The notes beneath the pieces are model-generated. The model had not been told where the DNA came from. It was given only the letters and a program-made list of their open reading frames with translations, and did no database searches. A DNA stretch of 64,000 nucleotides. It comes from Felis catus. Taxonomy: Eukaryota. This document shows, in pieces, positions 1 through 64,000 of the stretch (the stretch's first letter is position 1; each line of letters begins with the position of its first letter). The DNA lies in NCBI RefSeq assembly GCF_018350175.1, contig NC_058368.1, positions 111,850,001-111,914,000 on the forward strand, in the 5' to 3' direction. The position numbers and the translations under genes are program-made.

Positions 1-2144
1 AGAGAGGGCAGCTGTTTACATGGCTCTGTGGGGCAAGGTCTGCCTGACAGATGTGGGGCCGCTGGCATTGCACATGTGCTTGCCTTTGGCATTCTGCCCT
101 CTTAAAAGCTTTCAATGGATTGTTTTTAAAAACTTCTTACTCCATGAAAAATGTAGAGAATTACTTTTATGCTTCAATTAAAAGTTTCCCAATAGCTATA
201 TGAAAGAATATGAAATTATTACCTCCAATAAAGGCTCCTGTTGCTTTCTTCGGAAGCACCTTTCATCAGAGCAGATCAAAGTGCATCCGAAGCACTAATT
301 GAGCCTCAGGACCATCTGTGAGGGAGGGCCATCCCCAAAGCCGTGCTCACTGATAAGGGAGGCCACGGACAGAGAGGCTAACTCGTTTAGCAAAGGTCAC
401 ACAGCAGCACTGTGCCAAAGAACAGACCGTCTACAGGATGTGGAAGAAGCAGGAAGCTGACTACTTAAACTCTCATTCAGAAGCACTTTGTCAAAAAAAG
501 GTTCGGAATCGACTTTGGCACCCATTACACATCTCCCTAGTTCTGGGGAAATTTCAAGCTAGGGGCGGGGCGGGGGGTGTGTGCTGACGACCTTACAATG
601 GTGGCTTTTGTCTTTGCCACCGGCTGTGACAGCCAACTGACAGCAGCCTGACAGCAAATGGCTTTCAATGGTCCCTCTCCTTTAGCTTTTCTTTTAAGAG
701 ACCCTTAAATGGTGTTGCAAAGTGATGTTCAACATGGGCTCTTGGCAAAAGAGAATAGGATTTAAAAGCACAGACCGGAAGTGTGGACGGCACCCAAACC
801 AACACGTGTCATCACATACCTCTGGATGTCCCTCACTTTGGCAGTGAAGTGGCACTCAGCGTACAGGGTAGGGAGACTGTGGGCATGCATGAGGGTGGGG
901 CGCTGGCATGAGCTATCACTGTCCCCTGAGGGCCCCTCTTCCCCCCCCCCACATACTGTGGGAACAGGGCAGCTTGGGCAGACCTCCCGGTGCCACGTGA
1001 TAGGAAGCCTGCCCAGGGCTAGCTCTGTCACTTGAGGTGTGGAACCCCAGTGGCAGCAGTGTTCAGAGAGGCATCATTACAAAGCCTGCCCAAGATGGCG
1101 CTCGCAAACTCTACTCTTTGCTCCTCGTGGGTTCGGAGGGGAAGTGCTTTGAAAAGAGGTGCTTTCTCTAAACATGAGGAAGGGGGTTGAGGATGGTCAC
1201 CCTGTGCGGCCTGCAGTGTCAAAGGAAGCTGGTATATGGCCACCACACAGCCCTGCCTGGGCACCGGGAGGGTCCGATGGCAGAGACCCAAGTGGGCGCA
1301 CAGTCTGGATCGGATGCCCCAGGTGCAGCCACGGCCAATACATAGCCCTGGGTTATGGCCCTCTTGGGCCCAAGATGTCCACAGCTGCAACCTCTGGTGC
1401 CAAATCCAGAGTGTGAGGCATGAGGCACAGACCGGGACAGGGAGGACCCCAAGATGTGATGGGAAGTGGGACACCGCCCCTGCATCATGGCACGGAGTTC
1501 CCAAAGCACTCTCCCTTCTTAGAGCTCTAATTTCTTTTAATGCACACCCAGAATTACTGGGGGCTACTTCAGTGCTGGAAGCCAGAGCAGACCCAGCCCT
1601 ATGTCACTGTCACAGAAGTGTCCGCCTTGCACAAGGCAGACAACAGGACACATGGAGACAGAGCTGGCAGGTTGCGGGGGTGGGGGGGGGGGGGCGAGTG
1701 AAGGATGCCAGAGATACAAAGGTAAGGGGCAGAGGCATGCTGTGGCTGGGAGGGTGCTCCTGGAACGAAGGTCCTGGCTTTCACACCACCCCTGTCCTCT
1801 CCACTTCCCTCATATCTGAGTCTTCGTGTCCTGCCAGGTTCACTCTCTAAACCGCCATCTCTGATGGTCCCACTATACCCTGAAGTCACTTTCTATGCTG
1901 ACATCTGCTGTCACAAAGGAAATCTGATACATTCCTCAGTCTTCCTGTCTCACTCCGTCTCTTCAATTGCTGTTCACCATTGCTTAATGTTTGTATTCTT
2001 TCCCCTCCTGTGCTTTGGGTCTTCTCGACTAAAGCAGATGGCTCGAAAACAGCCTTAGCTGACCGTGCACAAGTCAGAGCACCACGATTATGGGCTAAGT
2101 ATGCAGCTAAGTATAATGACCTCACAAGCCACGATGTGCCCTTA

Positions 2145-62773
<60,629 letters not shown>

Positions 62774-63499
62774 GGCGGCGGCCCTGGAGGTGAGTCAGTA
62801 AACACACTGTGGAGGCAAGAGGCACAGCCGTCAGGATCATGGGGGCAGTGCACCCCTCTTCCCCACACTCTCCGGCCCCTACAAGAAAGGCCACTCCTCG
62901 CGGCCACTGAGTCCTCCGGGCCCAGTTCGTGCACTTGGTTGGCGCACTCTGGCCCCTAAGAAGAGATTGGCTACGCTTTTCACATTTTATACCACGACAT
63001 CAATTTTATCGGCCACTTACATTTAAACGTTACTCTGACAATGAGTGCTCTTAAGTGCCCTGCCTTTATGCCACGTGGTATAAAAAAAAAATGGGATTTC
63101 TTGGCTACGTCCAATATGCTTGTTTAATAATTGCATTTTCATACACTTGAGACCGGGGCTGATAAATTTGCTGAAGTCTTCGTGGAAAAAAAGCAAACGA
63201 TGTCACCTTCCCCTGGAATAAAGACGTAAAGCCTGACACCTAGGCCGCCTGATGGAAGCAGCATCTCTACCTCGTGACCCTTTCCCCGTGAGGGGCAATG
63301 GCAGCTCACAGGAGTTCAGCAGATAGTCAGGCTGCAATCACAGGCCCTCAGAACATGCCCAGTCCACTAGCTGGGCCTGTCCTTAGAGAAGAGGGAGAAG
63401 GGCTTTTCTTACCCTGATCCTCCTCCCAATCCACATCCAAAATGCCACGCAGTCCAGAGGATGCCCCCTTTTCAACACCTCACGGAGGGTCCTCTCCTC

Positions 63500-64000
63500 T
63501 CCACCCCAACTGTGACCGGATCCAGGTCATCTCTAACCAAATGATCGCAAATATGTCCTGAAGAGATCTCCCCACTACTCGCCCTACTCTCCAATCCACT
63601 GGCCCTCTGAGGGTGGTGCATACGAATCCGAGTACTCGACGGCCCCGGTGTTAAAGCTTTCTCTGGCTGCCACAGTTCCTAAGGTCAAATCAAGATCCTG
63701 GGCCTGTCATGCGATGCCCTAGAAATCTAGGCCTGGCACATCCATCCAGCTTCACCCCATACCTCCTGGGGTCCAAACTCGGACATGGGGCAGGGGTGGG
63801 GGTCACACACAGTTCCCTTCAAGTGCCCTCCCCTGCAGTGGCTGTGCCCTTTCGCCAAGACCTCCTCTATTCCTCACACTTGCTTCCTGCTCTCTGCCAT
63901 CCCTACCCTGAGCGCTCGGGTACAGCTCCTCCATCCACTGGGCTCCCTTGCACTTCACACCACGGCAGTGATGTGCATACAGCCCCCGCTTTCAGAGAGC
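63500..64000 (+). mobile_element. L2 remnant
   Basis: Pyrimidine-rich L2-like segments (ttaaagctttctctggctgcc...gtcaaatcaagatcc; ggctgtgccctttcgcc). Confidence 0.55.

Noticed and set aside
1236..1850. 204-aa + strand ORF and the many other 60-185 aa ORFs in the track
   Set aside because: No recognisable domains. They are GC-rich intronic, antisense-to-exon or repeat-derived frames expected by chance, and many use non-ATG starts.

Overview
Mammalian genomic DNA, most likely a felid (many SINEC_Fc-type CAN-SINEs and carnivore-type L1 ends). The whole window lies inside one minus-strand gene, MACROH2A1 (H2AFY, core histone macroH2A.1). I located coding exons 2-8 at canonical GT-AG boundaries with consistent phases, including both mutually exclusive macrodomain exons (100-nt macroH2A1.2 exon at 11576-11675; 91-nt macroH2A1.1 exon at 9727-9817). 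The non-coding first exon and the last coding exon fall outside the window. Intron 4 carries a ~13 kb nested transposon block: antisense L1s, an L1 inserted in an L1, a Tigger/MER47-like element and several SINEs, next to a hAT-Charlie fossil. There is no prokaryote-type system. The most interesting unexplained signals are three inferences that need RNA or chromatin data: (i) a candidate 36/34-nt micro-exon between the two mutually exclusive exons, (ii) a dense NRF1/ETS/SP1/CRE motif cluster in intron 2, and (iii) a nearby perfect 5' splice site that defines a candidate poison or alternative first exon. Repeat boundaries without a visible TSD are approximate, and repeat family names come from recall, not from a database search.
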